DNA of 61,765 bases, filler included, from Platydemus manokwari (lineage: Eukaryota): assembly GCA_037951405.1 (NCBI GenBank). It is 5 parts of 5 records of this genome, joined end to end, with 100 filler letters (N's around TTAATTAATTAA, not from the genome) between each part and the next. Parts side by side here need not be neighbours in the genome. Positions count along the whole stretch, not along the records: positions 24,412 to 37,565 come from JBBMOY011820278.1; positions 37,666 to 47,757 come from JBBMOY011170656.1; 3 more parts are not named here. The stretch is one strand, 5' to 3'. Shown here piece after piece: positions 30,701-43,393 of this stretch (positions are counted from its first letter, which is position 1; the number at the start of each line of letters is the position of its first letter). The position numbers and the translations under genes are program-made. Under the pieces are notes generated by a model. That model did not search any database and was not told where the DNA came from. It saw nothing but the letters and a program-made list of their open reading frames with translations.

Positions 30701-33700
30701 GGCTTTTTCTTATCATATATAACCTTGTATTTCCAGAAAAAATCGGTTTTTTGAAGAAATGAAAACATTTGTGTCTATGGATTTCTTCTATATTTTATAG
30801 GATCGATTTGAATGTACTGTGCTGGTTTTTAGCAACAATTTTTCTCATTTTCTTTATTTGAGTAATCATTATGATTTTACTTTTTATTTGAGTTTATTTC
30901 GATAAGCAATTTATAGAATTATCTAAAGCACTAATTTAAATGCTGAATGTCTTTCAAAATTCCGTTACTTTCCGTATTTATTTTTATTCTTTAATTTTTA
31001 TTGGTATCATTGATTTTTAATATCAGAGGGATGAAAAGTTTTGTTTATAATTTGTATATAGATTTCTTTATCTAACATAATATATGGTAGCAGTAGTTAG
31101 ATCATTGAAATTATTCGAATTATTGAATACAGTTTATGGAAGTTCAGCGGAATATGTGGAGAAAAATCGTTTGATGGATTTGATCACAATCATTTTTGAA
31201 TTATAAGTTATTAAACACGAATAAATTTCATATCTTGTGTCAGTTGCTAAAACCTGTTCGTTTTTAATATTCAAATCAAAATTAATGTTTTGAAAACAAC
31301 AAAAAAATATATTTATAATACACTAATTTTCAAACAATCTTTAAAATATTTAAAATTTATCCCGATCTGATTTATCTTCTTTTTTTAAATTTAGAAGATT
31401 AAAATTTTACTTTTAGTAATTTTAATAATTATAATGATACTAAAATTGACAAGATCATTTTTTTAAGCAAGATCATTTTATAAATATCAATGTGGTGTAC
31501 TTATTTTTAATATAGTTATAAAAATATTTTTTAACTCAAATTTTTATAATTTTAATGTTATGTAAATTTTACTTATTTATCGTATTTTTTAAATAAACAT
31601 CATATCTTCAAAATGTATACTCTGTTCTGTTTTCCTAATTATAACATTAATCTAGATTCTTTGGTCCTCTTACAATGGATATTATTGCCAAAACAATGTT
31701 TGGATTACAAATAGATTGTCAAACGAATACCAATAACAAATTCGTCAAATATGGCAAAACAATAAGTTCAATATCGCTGTTCAGTCCAGTCATAGCTTCA
31801 TTATGTTTGTCAACAAAAACCATAGTTTCAGTTAATCTATTATTATTCCAGTGATATTTCCGGAACTGAAAGACATAATCAAGAAATTATTGTTCGGATG
31901 GGAATTCTTCGGTCGAGAAACGATGGATTTTTTTACCGAGGTTTTGCAGAGAGCCATTGCTGAAAGAAAGAACTCACCAGAAGTATTGATATTGTTACTT
32001 ACTTTGATGTTGTCGTTGAAGATTTGTTAATGATGGAATAAAATAAAATGACATTTTAAAAAGATATTCATATTATAATTTCATTTTCGGTCCATTTTTT
32101 AAATTTTTAAATATTACACTTTCTTTCTCTTTATAATTATACCAGAAAAATATTAATATTGGTTTAATTGTAGGATTACAATGATTTCTTGGGTCTGATG
32201 CTGAAAGCTCGTAAAGAGATCAAGGAAAACAATTCCGATAAATCGAAAACATCGGACACAAAATATTTGACAGATCAAGAAATTATGGCTCAATCGATTA
32301 TATTACTGTTGGCTGGTTTTGAAACAACATCTCAAACGATGACTTTTGCGGCATATTTTATGGCCAAAAATCCAGATGCTCAACAAGAGGTTTATGATGA
32401 GATCGTGAACAAAATTGGTAAAGAGGTATACAATGATATTAAATCCTTGATATCAATATAGCGATAATCGAATAAACAAATAATATAAGCCAGAATTGAA
32501 AGTTTTATTATCACAATTGAAGATTTTACAAGAGTTGTCGGGAAAAAGTCTTCACTAGAAGAGTAATCAATAATAATATAGTTATTTCCCATAAATATCA
32601 CTATTTATTTTAATGATTTTGCTTTCTTTATTTAAATACCATTGGGTAACATTTAGTGGACAGGTTGAAAGTTAGATCAAATAACTTTTTTTAAATAACT
32701 TCTATAAAAATCATTTTTTAAAATATATCAAAGTGTTGATGGACAATTATCAAGCTGACAAACTTATGATAAATAAGATGTGTGTCGTCCATTGAATAAT
32801 TCCAATGTTCTCAGAAGCATTAAATTTAAAACCTTGTTTAATTCTTGATATTATTTGCTACGGCATTTGGGAGTGAAATCGATATTCAAGGAATATGAGC
32901 ATAGCACAGTGAATATGGAGAATATATGGTTATAAATATGGTAATATATGACTTTATATACATTGTAGCTTAGTATTAAATTTTCTAATAAATCATTGTG
33001 CATATATGGTCTTCTGATCCCATATCAAAGCGTTGATGGACAATTTTCATTCTGAATGAAATGCTGACAAGCTTATGATAAATAAGATGTATGTCACCCA
33101 TTAAAGAATTCCTAAGTTTTTAAAAGCATTAAATTTAAAACCTTGTTTAATTCTTGATGTTATTTGCTATAGCAGTTGTGTGATTTTCATTTTTTTTGTT
33201 TATCAGGGTGAGGTTACCTATGAATCAATAATGAACATGCCAAAATTGGATGCACTTTTTAATGAAACGTTACGAATTTGTCCTGTAATTGCAAGAACCG
33301 ATAGAATGTGTGTCCAGGATACGACATTGGTCACATCTGAAAATCGAAAAATCATGGTGAAAAAAGGAGATATTTTCTCCATACCAATTTATGCCATTCA
33401 CAATGATCCATCGATTTGGCCGGATCCGGAGACATTTGATCTACATCGGTCAGTGATATGGCAATTTTAATTACCACAAAATAAATTTAGATTTAAATCT
33501 ATAATTTTTTGATATATTTTTATCATTATTTCTTTATCAAGATTCGATCCGGATATAAAATTTAGTCCTTATTCATTCTTGCCATTTGGAGTGGGTCCAC
33601 GAAATTGTCTTGGAATGAGATTTGCTCTTCTGGAAGCAAAATGGGTTTTTGTTAGTCTTGTGCAGAAATTTCGATTTTCAACATGTCCAGAAACTTTGGT

Positions 33701-33819
33701 AATGTGTCTCTAGATCATAATTAAATTATTTTAGTGTTTAGGACAAGATAGAATTCAAGAAAACGATGTTTACACTTCCAGTAAAGCCCATTATACTGAA
33801 AGTTAATAAGCGATTTTGA
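27742..33819 (+). CDS. Cytochrome P450, CYP3 clan (CYP3A-like), 11 exons, 510 aa: 27742-27815, 27862-28011, 28057-28153, 28572-28688, 29843-29928, 31656-31804, 31852-31982, 32174-32425, 33207-33448, 33542-33698, 33742-33819
   Basis: N-terminal anchor; GPQPLPFLGN; WERVRSLLSPTFTSGKLK; TMDIIAKTMFG; I-helix AGFETTS; K-helix ETLR; heme motif PFGVGPRNCLG. All introns are GT-AG; exons sum to 1533 nt in one open frame. AATAAA at ~33931. Confidence 0.95.
32735..33170. repeat. Intronic ~130-bp direct repeats (32735-32860 / 33032-33170) flanking a ~150-bp unit also found at 34362-34512
   Basis: gttgatggacaatt...aaaccttgtttaattcttgat.ttatttgcta occurs twice; gtgaaa.cgatattcaaggaatatgagca...tatggxcttctgat occurs at 32873 and 34364. 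Confidence 0.8.
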
Positions 33820-34779
33820 TCGGGATACAATAATCGTGAATCATTCTTAAACTTTCACGAATATTTGATTTATTTACTCATGATTGAATTTTTTTGATAA
33901 ACTTTGATCATATATTTATACAGTTCAACAAATAAATATTTGCACTTTCTTTCACTCAGTTTTCAACTGTCTCTCAAATAAGAAATCCTTCAGTTTGTTT
34001 AAAATATTATTGTTATTATTATTAAAATTATTATAATATAAAAATATTTTCAAAGATGGAAATTTTCGAAATAATGTTGAGTACACCATTTCGATTATTA
34101 TTACACCACTGATTTTGTGTATTTTTGTTATTCTTCGAGGTTATTTGTTTAATTTGTTTTAATCATATTTTCACATTATTACCTTTGATTTACAATGTCC
34201 ACGGTTTATACCAGTCGCAGGAATTCCTTTAAAGATCCATCTAGTAATGAATCTTATGACTTGATTTTTAAACAATGTATTTTGCAATAAAAGTATGTAC
34301 AAAGTGTTAGAATAGATCTCCTGCAATTTCCGGAGAAAAATGGTTAATATTCTTCACATAGAAGTGAAACCGATATTCAAGGAATATGAGCACAGCGCAT
34401 TAAATATGGAGAATATATGATTATAAATAAGATAATATATGATATTATATACACCGTAGCTTACTATTAAATTTCCTAATAAATCACTGTACGTATATGG
34501 ACTTCTGATTCCCTTTAAAGAATATAATGCCAATATCACCTATTATCGTGATGTCCTACAATACATAAAATTATCAGATCAGTGTCTCTTAAATTATTAT
34601 CAGTTCTCAAACTATAACATTTATCTGGATTTTAAAATGGAATTGCTGATTTAAATCAATAACTGTTTGAAATATTTTCCGAATGCTCTGTATCATGGAT
34701 GGTTCAAATAAATAAGTTAATTTGAAGAGATAAAATGTATTTAGTATAAACATAAAAATCTTCACGATGCAGTGGCACA

Positions 34780-35320
34780 AGTCCTCACATCCTTTTATAA
34801 AATTGGTTAATCCTTTGGTACGTCCGGTAAGTTTGCTTGTTTGAGATTCTTAGAGAATTGCTCGATTATGTAGTACATAGGTTTACTATCAGTTATGGTT
34901 GTTGTTTGTTAGTTGGTTGAGTTCTCTTGACCAGGATGATGGCTTGAGATTTCGATTGTTGGTATGAGCTTTGTAAGTGACGTAAGCATCCTTTAGAAGT
35001 GTGCTGATTAAGTGACCGGCAATGAAAGTGATTTGCGGCTTAGTAAATCTGATTTTGGCTAGGACTTTGTTGTTTTATGTTCGCCAGTTCAATTATACAA
35101 TCAACGTTTCAATCAATAATGTCTCCGCCTTTCTTTTCTCCTATTTTAAAATCATCCTTTGTTTCTGCCCAACTTCCCCACGTGGAACCTCCATTGCAAA
35201 TAGCTCGAATTTATATTCGACTTCATGAAAACAAGAGCTATTTGGTCTATCATTTTCTTATATATTCCTAGTTTCTTTAGGACTGTATTGTTGCTCTGCT
35301 TGCCAAGTTCCTAGAACCCC
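34780..35320 (-). mobile_element. 3' end (post-RLE C-terminus and 3' UTR) of an R2/NeSL-type non-LTR element
   Basis: Minus-strand GVLGTW..SNNTVLKKLGIYKKMIDQIAL..SNINSSYLQWRFH resembles the G.LG.W...N..VL..LG....I..S..IW..H tail of RLE elements (compare 58090-58210). Confidence 0.55.
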
Positions 35321-37565
35321 TACAAAAGTGAACACTTCCACAGTTCAGCTAGGCCGCTTTTTTATGACATCGGAATTGAGAATCTCATTATATTACTTTG
35401 ACTTTTTAACTTCGTGTTGTAAAATTTCCAAGCTTTGTAAAATCACGAAATTAATCTTTATATTGTGTTTTCTGTCATTTATATTATTCCTTTAGAAAAC
35501 CACAATCATGTTAGTGGTAGCTTTATCTTTAAATTTATTCGAATTATGTAAATGAATTATTAAAAATCTGATAAAATAAATTTCTAATAAATAAATAATT
35601 GAAATAAATTTTCAAATCATTAAGATATATTCCAGAAAAGGTTTAAACAATGTCCGTCTTGATCAGAATAATTTTATATTTCCATTAAATTGTACATATT
35701 AATATTTAATCTACGAAATAAATTATCCTCACATCTCTTCTTTGAAATATTTCATTTTCTCTAAATAATTGTTATCATTAAGTTACGTTTGGTCTAGTTG
35801 CTTTTAATTTTATTAAATATTTATTATTGAAGTTTTCAAAGTCTTAATTAGATTCGAGTTCGATTATAGACCACAATTTAAGGCACCGACTATTTTGTCA
35901 AACTCCTTTTACCTGGTACTCGGTGTTATTTTCAATGAGTTCTTGTAGGCACCATTGCTGCTGAATTTAATTGTTATGGTCAGATTGGATGAAGTTAACA
36001 GCTGAATTTTTAATATTGATAAATTTGTGTTACAATCAAAAATTGTGATGAAATAACAGTCGATAAACTAAGTACGACAATAAATGATATTTCCAATAAA
36101 ATGACATGATTTAACAAATATCAATTAAGTAATTTTATGAGTCAAAAACCAAGATAATATAAAAGTGGCTCTCCAACTTCAAAGATATGTTTTCGAGCCA
36201 CAAGGAATTCAAATATATAGGATATACACGCTCATAAAAATGAAACTAGAACAAATAAAATTACTTCAACGTCAAGCAGCCATACTGAAGAACAATTGTA
36301 AAATAACTGGCTACTGAATATCAAACTACTAGTCACTGACACTTTGTGAGTGTTTAAATGCCTAATAAGTAAGTAGTCACTTGGGAGGATAAACATCCAG
36401 AAACCACTATACATTTAATTTTAATCGGAACTGTTTTTTCTACGCTCGGATTTTCAATGTGATTTAAAATCAACCAACTCATTTTAAATGCCAATCAATT
36501 ATTTATTCGGGGGCAATTTTCATTGCTACATTCCATTTAATGGCGCAATTTTCTTTCAAGTTAATTTTTCAAAAAATAAATACATGTAAATGTAAAATCA
36601 ATATAATTTCACAATAAAGACAAAATAAAATTACTATATTATTTTTCAATTAATAAAATTTTTTATATTTTTTCTTGACTAATTATACTTATATATTTCA
36701 TATAATTATTTACTATTATGCATCAAGGAACAAACCATATCGTTAATTTCTGGCAAGTGCTAATCAGCTAAAGATTGAACGAGTTAAAAAATGATAATAA
36801 ATAAAATAGATGGTCCCATATCGCAATACTATTTTCATCGAGAAATTTCTAATTTCTTACTCATCTCTTCTCTATTGATTCATATCGACAGTCATATATT
36901 TCTTATTTTTTATCCGTACTTCTTTCTTTACTAATACTTTGTAGACCATCCTAAATTTAATTTAAATTTAGTTATTTCCACCTTTTCCTTTTTTGTTTTT
37001 CTCTAAAGTTTCTTTAATTTCTTTTGTAAATACTTCAGTATTGACATGCCAGAACTATCTGCCCATTTCTTTCTTAAATATAACATCTACTGGTCTAATT
37101 TTTATAGTTCTTAGTTGCATTCAAACCGTTGCGGTATTGATTACTACTTAATATATTGTCTTTCTTTTATTATTCCCTTTATATAATAACTTATCGTTCT
37201 AACGTTAAACTAATTCATTCACATCTTGCTGACATATACTCATTATAAACGACTTGTCATTGATTCTTGTTATTCATAACATTAATTCATTTATCTGTTA
37301 ATAGTAAGCATTCCAATTCTTGATTTTGAATATTTATAATAGTAATGGTGCAAATGATCTTATTTTAGAGACCTTAATTCTTCAAATGTTAATACAGTGA
37401 TTTATATTTAGCTTTGTTTCGGTCTTCATTAATGCATGTGTTCTTAAATTTATAACCTTCTGTTGTCTTTGATGCGTTTTGGGGTTGCTTCTTTATTAAT
37501 AATGTTTGTTATCAGTCTCAAAATAATGTTTTGTTGTCAATTTCAATCTTTTACACTCTATTCGT

Positions 37566-37665
37566 NNNNNNNNNNNNNNNNNNNNNNNNNNNNNNNNNNN
37601 NNNNNNNNNTTAATTAATTAANNNNNNNNNNNNNNNNNNNNNNNNNNNNNNNNNNNNNNNNNNNN
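37566..37665. other. Artificial contig linker
   Basis: 44N-TTAATTAATTAA-44N. Confidence 0.97.
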
Positions 37666-37737
<72 letters not shown>

Positions 37738-37751
37738 CATTATTATTATTA
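37666..37751. repeat. (TAT)n microsatellite at contig start
   Basis: Directly visible trinucleotide run. Confidence 0.95.
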
Positions 37752-39913
37752 AGGTGAAACACGTCGAAGTAATTTCTGAAGATCGATAGATAAAAATAAC
37801 TATTTTGCATTGTAATTGATGGAAAAAACCGATGGATTTAACAATATCATTGAAATGTGTCCATTTTCCAATTTCATTTTACAAGCAAATCTGAAATGCT
37901 TTTTGTTTCCCTTTTCTTAAAAAGAATTTTCCTGCGGCAAAAATGAGACGAAATCAAACAGTCCAAAACTCAAATAGAAAGCTGAACAATAATGAGATGA
38001 AAAGAGAAAAGATTTTTCAATCGAAAAAAATCGATATTTTATGTTACCAAATATTACAAAATCAATAAATGATAATTAACAAATACAATATTTATCGAAA
38101 ATCAATAATTGTGATTTTAATAATAAAAATATTTCAAAAGAATAACATTAATTTTTCCAATTGATATTACTAACAATTTATCAATAGTCATTAATAAGTA
38201 GATTGTTGAATAATAGTAATACATTTAATGAATTGAAATGATTGGCCATTTAATGCATTTACTATCGATGCGTTGATACCAGAATATTTGAGGCTTGCAA
38301 AATTCTATTTCGAGATCTGTTCTGAAAATGGAAGATATTGTTGGTGAAATGGTAAGATATAATTTTATTTTTCAAAGAATTATTATGGTTTTTAATTTGA
38401 TTTTCATATATAAATTCTGGAAAATTATTATGTTTATTTTTTGTTATGATCTGATAGATATTTATTATTTTTAATTATATATAATCAAACAATTAATACG
38501 TTCAACAGTATAGTTATTTATATTATTATTAGTATTATATATATATATATTAATTATAATTATATCTTCAATAAAGTAGATTTATAAATATTTATGCCCA
38601 TTGGACATTACTTGATTTCACCTGTAGTTATATTTCACAGAAAATGTATACATGGTCTGCGTTTCAAGATATTTTCCATTTTTTTAAATATTTTTATGCA
38701 TTTTGATTTTCAAAATAATCACATTATTATGAAAATACGAATGCAATCTTTATCTGATCATCTATAACGGCCACAGGTATACACATAGTGCAAAGATATT
38801 ATTAAATGAGTACAAGCTCTATGTGTTATTGGTTGCGTAGAACCTCTTGTTAACATTTTGGAATAAGCAAACCATTGAATTATGTGCTGACACAGACCGC
38901 CTACGTAATCATAAATTAAAATTAATTAAATCAATAACAATTATAAATGAAAATATAAAGTGAAATTTTTCCGGAGAGATAGGATATCGATAATATCTGA
39001 GTCACGTGATTTGAAGAGAACTCATTGGGAATACACACACACACTACACATGCATATACACGTGTGTGTGATGCATTAAATATGTATTTTTTTTTTACTT
39101 TCATTTAGTAGCGTGTAAAGAGTTATATAAACTCAATAAAATAATATTTTGTAAAGAGTATCTTTTATTGATATCATCAGAAAATTTTAAAAATCAATAA
39201 AAAAGTTGAATTCGTATTGTTACTAAAGATATCGATTGAGTTTACGATAAAACAATAAAATCATTATCTCCTCAAATCAGCAGATAAAACCAATCGAAAA
39301 CCAAACGAAACACAACGAATCAATCCTAACCGGCAATTTAGTTTTCTGAAGCTGTAAGAAAACATTTCAAATATTTTTCACCAATTTGAAATTGAAGCCT
39401 AAACGCTTGTCAGATTATTTTTATTATTTAAATGTAAGAGAATCGCTAATGACAGCCGATTTATGAAAACATTGATGTCCATGGAAAAAATCTCGCTATT
39501 TTTACATTTTCTTCCACCAATATTTTCTTAAATATTTTCCTGAAGAATATAATGATTATTTTATCATTACAGTTGAATATTATATTGTGAAAAATTAGCA
39601 ATATTTCTGTTTTTTGTGCTGGTTAAATTATTAATGTAGTGAATAACTAGGTGAAAGAATTTCATTGATAATGCGACGGTTATATCAGGTTGAACACTTG
39701 AAATAATGAAGGCATTTTCAACCGTTACTTTCAGTTCATATCAAGTGATAACGTTTATTAAATTTTAAATTCAACCGTGTTTAATGACATCTTTAAAATG
39801 GAAAATATTTTATCGATTTACTAATTTTGGTTTAGGTTTCGAATGATCGAAACAATTGAAAATTAAAAATGAAAAAATTTCCAGCGTAATGCAACAATGT
39901 GGCTAGGTTCAAG

Positions 39914-40230
39914 CAGTGTTCTTCACACTTTTTGTGTTTAGACCCACTTTATGATTCCAAAGTTTTTTGCGACTCCTGGGTACTAAAATAAAAATAATAA
40001 ACTAAATTCTTTTAAGCAACAAAAATAGAAATATATTTAACAATAACAACGATTTTGCATATTCTGGCATAAAACATCAAATCTTGGCTCTATTTCGATG
40101 ATGGCTGCTCTCAGTACTAATTCCAAATCTTTGAAATTCGATCTATATTTTGTTCTAATATAAGTCAGTATCGAAAATGAAATTTCTCGCGACCGATTGG
40201 TGGTCATGCCCCTCCTTTTGAAGAACACTG
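39914..40230 (-). mobile_element. Buster-type hAT non-autonomous element (MITE), copy 1
   Basis: TIRs CAGTGTTCTTCA...TGAAGAACACTG. Retains the transposase C-terminus [37 protein letters not shown]. Homologous (inverted) to 46912-47242. Confidence 0.85.
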
Positions 40231-43200
40231 ATTTAAACAATACACCTGGATTCTATAGTTATCCTGGTTATGAAGATATTTAAACAATTTTTAGTAAATA
40301 TTACTATTTCTCTTGATATGAGCATTTAATCGAAACCAAATTATTTATCATGAAAGACAATATTTGCTATGTAGACAATTGATAAACAATTTTAAAATTT
40401 AAAACTAAAATAACTAATCATCAATCATATGGTACCAGCAGCATTAAGTTATTAAAAAAACAACAACAACAAGAAAAAAAGTTTAACCATTCATTATTTT
40501 TATTCCAGAGAATTGTAGAAATTTTCAGTGAAATCCACCGAATCTTAATTAGTAAACTCGACCAATTAAGACAATCGGCCAATTAAATAAGGCGACACTA
40601 ATTGACTGATTTCTTATAGACAACAACATTTATAATTATGAAACCAATTCATTCTAAAAATAAATTCCCATTACTTCTGTATATTTCATATGTTTCTTTT
40701 CCTGTTATTAATTTTGGCTTCCTCTGAGAATCATTTGATGATTTCTTTTATCGATCAAACTATTACGATATTAACAATAAAAATAATTTGAAAATAAAAT
40801 AAATACGAATTAATAATTGATTGTTTGTAATTGAGGCTTGATGGATTCAAGGGAAATTTTAGAATAAAATCATCTGTAAGGATATGTTTGTCATTTATCT
40901 ATTTAACAGTCATGCATCACAGGATAATTTATAATTTTATATAAATATTAGATCCATTGTAAACATATTTTGTACATTTAATATTTAACAAACTCAATGT
41001 CACGGAACAATGTTCAATCTCTAAGAACTCCCATACTGTATTTTGATATTCATATGTAAACATAAATTTAAAGTTCTTAGTAAAAAACATTGACATACAT
41101 AAAATAGTTTCCTGGATTCGTATAGCCTAATTATTTAACAGTAAATATTTCAAAGTATATCGTTGGTTTTGACAAGTATAGCAACTATTGTATTTTGTTT
41201 GGATAATGTCGTATGAGGTTAAAGATAAATATCATGCAAATTAGTGTATATTTGTAAATAAAAAATTGTTTATATTAAATAATAGATTAATCGAAACATC
41301 TTTAATAGTCCGATTAAACTCAAGAAGATCCTTTCACATAATTTCATTATGATGAATTTTCGTTAATGATTTATAATTTTATAATTTCATTCAATTTCCA
41401 AGAATTTCTGGAAAAAGTTATATTTAAAAAAAATTTGTTTACTTTGAAGAAAATCAATAAAAAATTGTGAAGGAATTGTTTTTAATTTGTACTCATTATT
41501 CTAGGTATAAATGTCTCGGTGCTTTGTTTTGACGAATCACTTTGAACGGTTAATAGTGCTCTACTGATAAAAGAGACTTATGAGACAGTTGTAACGTACA
41601 ATGGATTGATTAGAATTCAAGTGAATACCTTAACAATTCATTGAGAATGCTAATTTTGCCTTTATGTTATGATAATTGCTTGTCACATTACGGTTTTGGA
41701 CTAGAAATAAGAAACAATCGCGATGTCAATAAATTTTATATCTTAATAAATTATTTCAAATGTTTAGTTTTATCTATATAATTTCTTTTACCATTTCGTG
41801 AGAGTTGTTTTAATTATGTATTTACTCATTATTTTAATGACATATTTTTCTTACATTTGTTGTGATTTTCTTACATTCTTTTTAAATGGTTATTTTATAT
41901 GAAATCTCAAAGTTATAGTTTATTTAAATTTTGATTTTTAGCAACTAATATTTTTCGTGTCAAAAATTTAAAAATGTTTTAATGAATATATTTAATTAAT
42001 TATAATTTTCTTTATTTTAGCATATTTTTTCTCAAAATTAGTCTGCAAAAATAACGACTGGCTTAAGTATTTGTTTAAATGGAATATAAAATCACGAACA
42101 CGAATAATTAGAAAAACAATCCTAAACGGTTTGAAACTTAAATTACTAACTTGATTGATGATACTAACTCAATGAGATAATATTTTTAATCTAAAAAGAT
42201 ATATAATAATATTATTAATTTATTATACAATTATAGCACTGGAATGTAGAAATATCGCCAAAATACAACAAATAAAAAAATAAAAGTCAACCCAAAGATC
42301 AAAAGTCTATCACACAGTGGGTTCAGTAACCGGGAAAATGGAGAGATAATAAAATTTTCCTGACAAAAAGACTGACAACTTCTGTCAAAAACGGGCTCAT
42401 TTTAGTCTTAATTTATTGAATGTATTGAAGAGTCAATTTTTATTTGTTAAAAACTTCCAGTTAAATGATTTTCATTGGAGGTATTCCTTTATTTTTAACT
42501 ATTTCGTTCTTTATTGTTGTGATGCATTGATTAAAAACTGAAGTCCAATTTATGCGTATTTGATAGGTTATTGGGATAGTATGTATTGCATGATGATGTG
42601 TACATCATTGCAAGCTTTACTTCAAGGTTTTTAGTCGTGATTTTATAATATTATTAATTAAATATCATCAATTTTGAAAGTTCAATATTTGACATTAGAG
42701 GCATGATTCTTTAATTATGTGACTATGATAATCGAAGTGCCTATGTTCTAGAATATGCCTATTACTCATTAACAAATTTTGGATATATTTATTGCAGTGA
42801 TTGCATTATAATAAATAAACATCCAATTATTAGTTTGTTTGAATTCAATTACAAAGTAGATTGTATAACTCGATTTATAACAATAATATTACACCTGAAT
42901 TATTAAAAAATATCATCTAATGGTTGAAGGTCGAATTGAAATATTTTTTTTACTAAAGTTAAAGCTGATCACCAACCAGTAAAATAACCACAAATAAAAT
43001 TTCAGACCAACCCAATTTAATGATATAACCATTCATAAAAATGGTACTTTCATTCTACCAACATTAATTTCACCTTTTTATCATTATCAATATTGACATA
43101 TAATGTCGTATTTTTCAAAAACACTTTGAGAGTTATCATTTTCCTTTTCAAGATTAATAATCGCAATCAATGACTATCTCTATATATTTCCAATTTTTAT

Positions 43201-43393
43201 CAAATCAATCATTTTCATTGACACAAGCTAATAAAAAGGTCATTTTAATAAGTACTTTAGAAAAACAATTATTATATTCAGTTATACAAATCGATAATTA
43301 AATGAAAGAAAATATCTTATAATTAAAACAAAAAAACACTAAATAACAAAATATATTATATAGATTATATTCAAAATCGATATGAGATCTATA

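Noticed and set aside
38990-39180. Possible solo LTR or promoter (CACGTG boxes, TATATAAA, AATAAA)
   Set aside because: No defined termini, TSD or downstream gene; not supportable.
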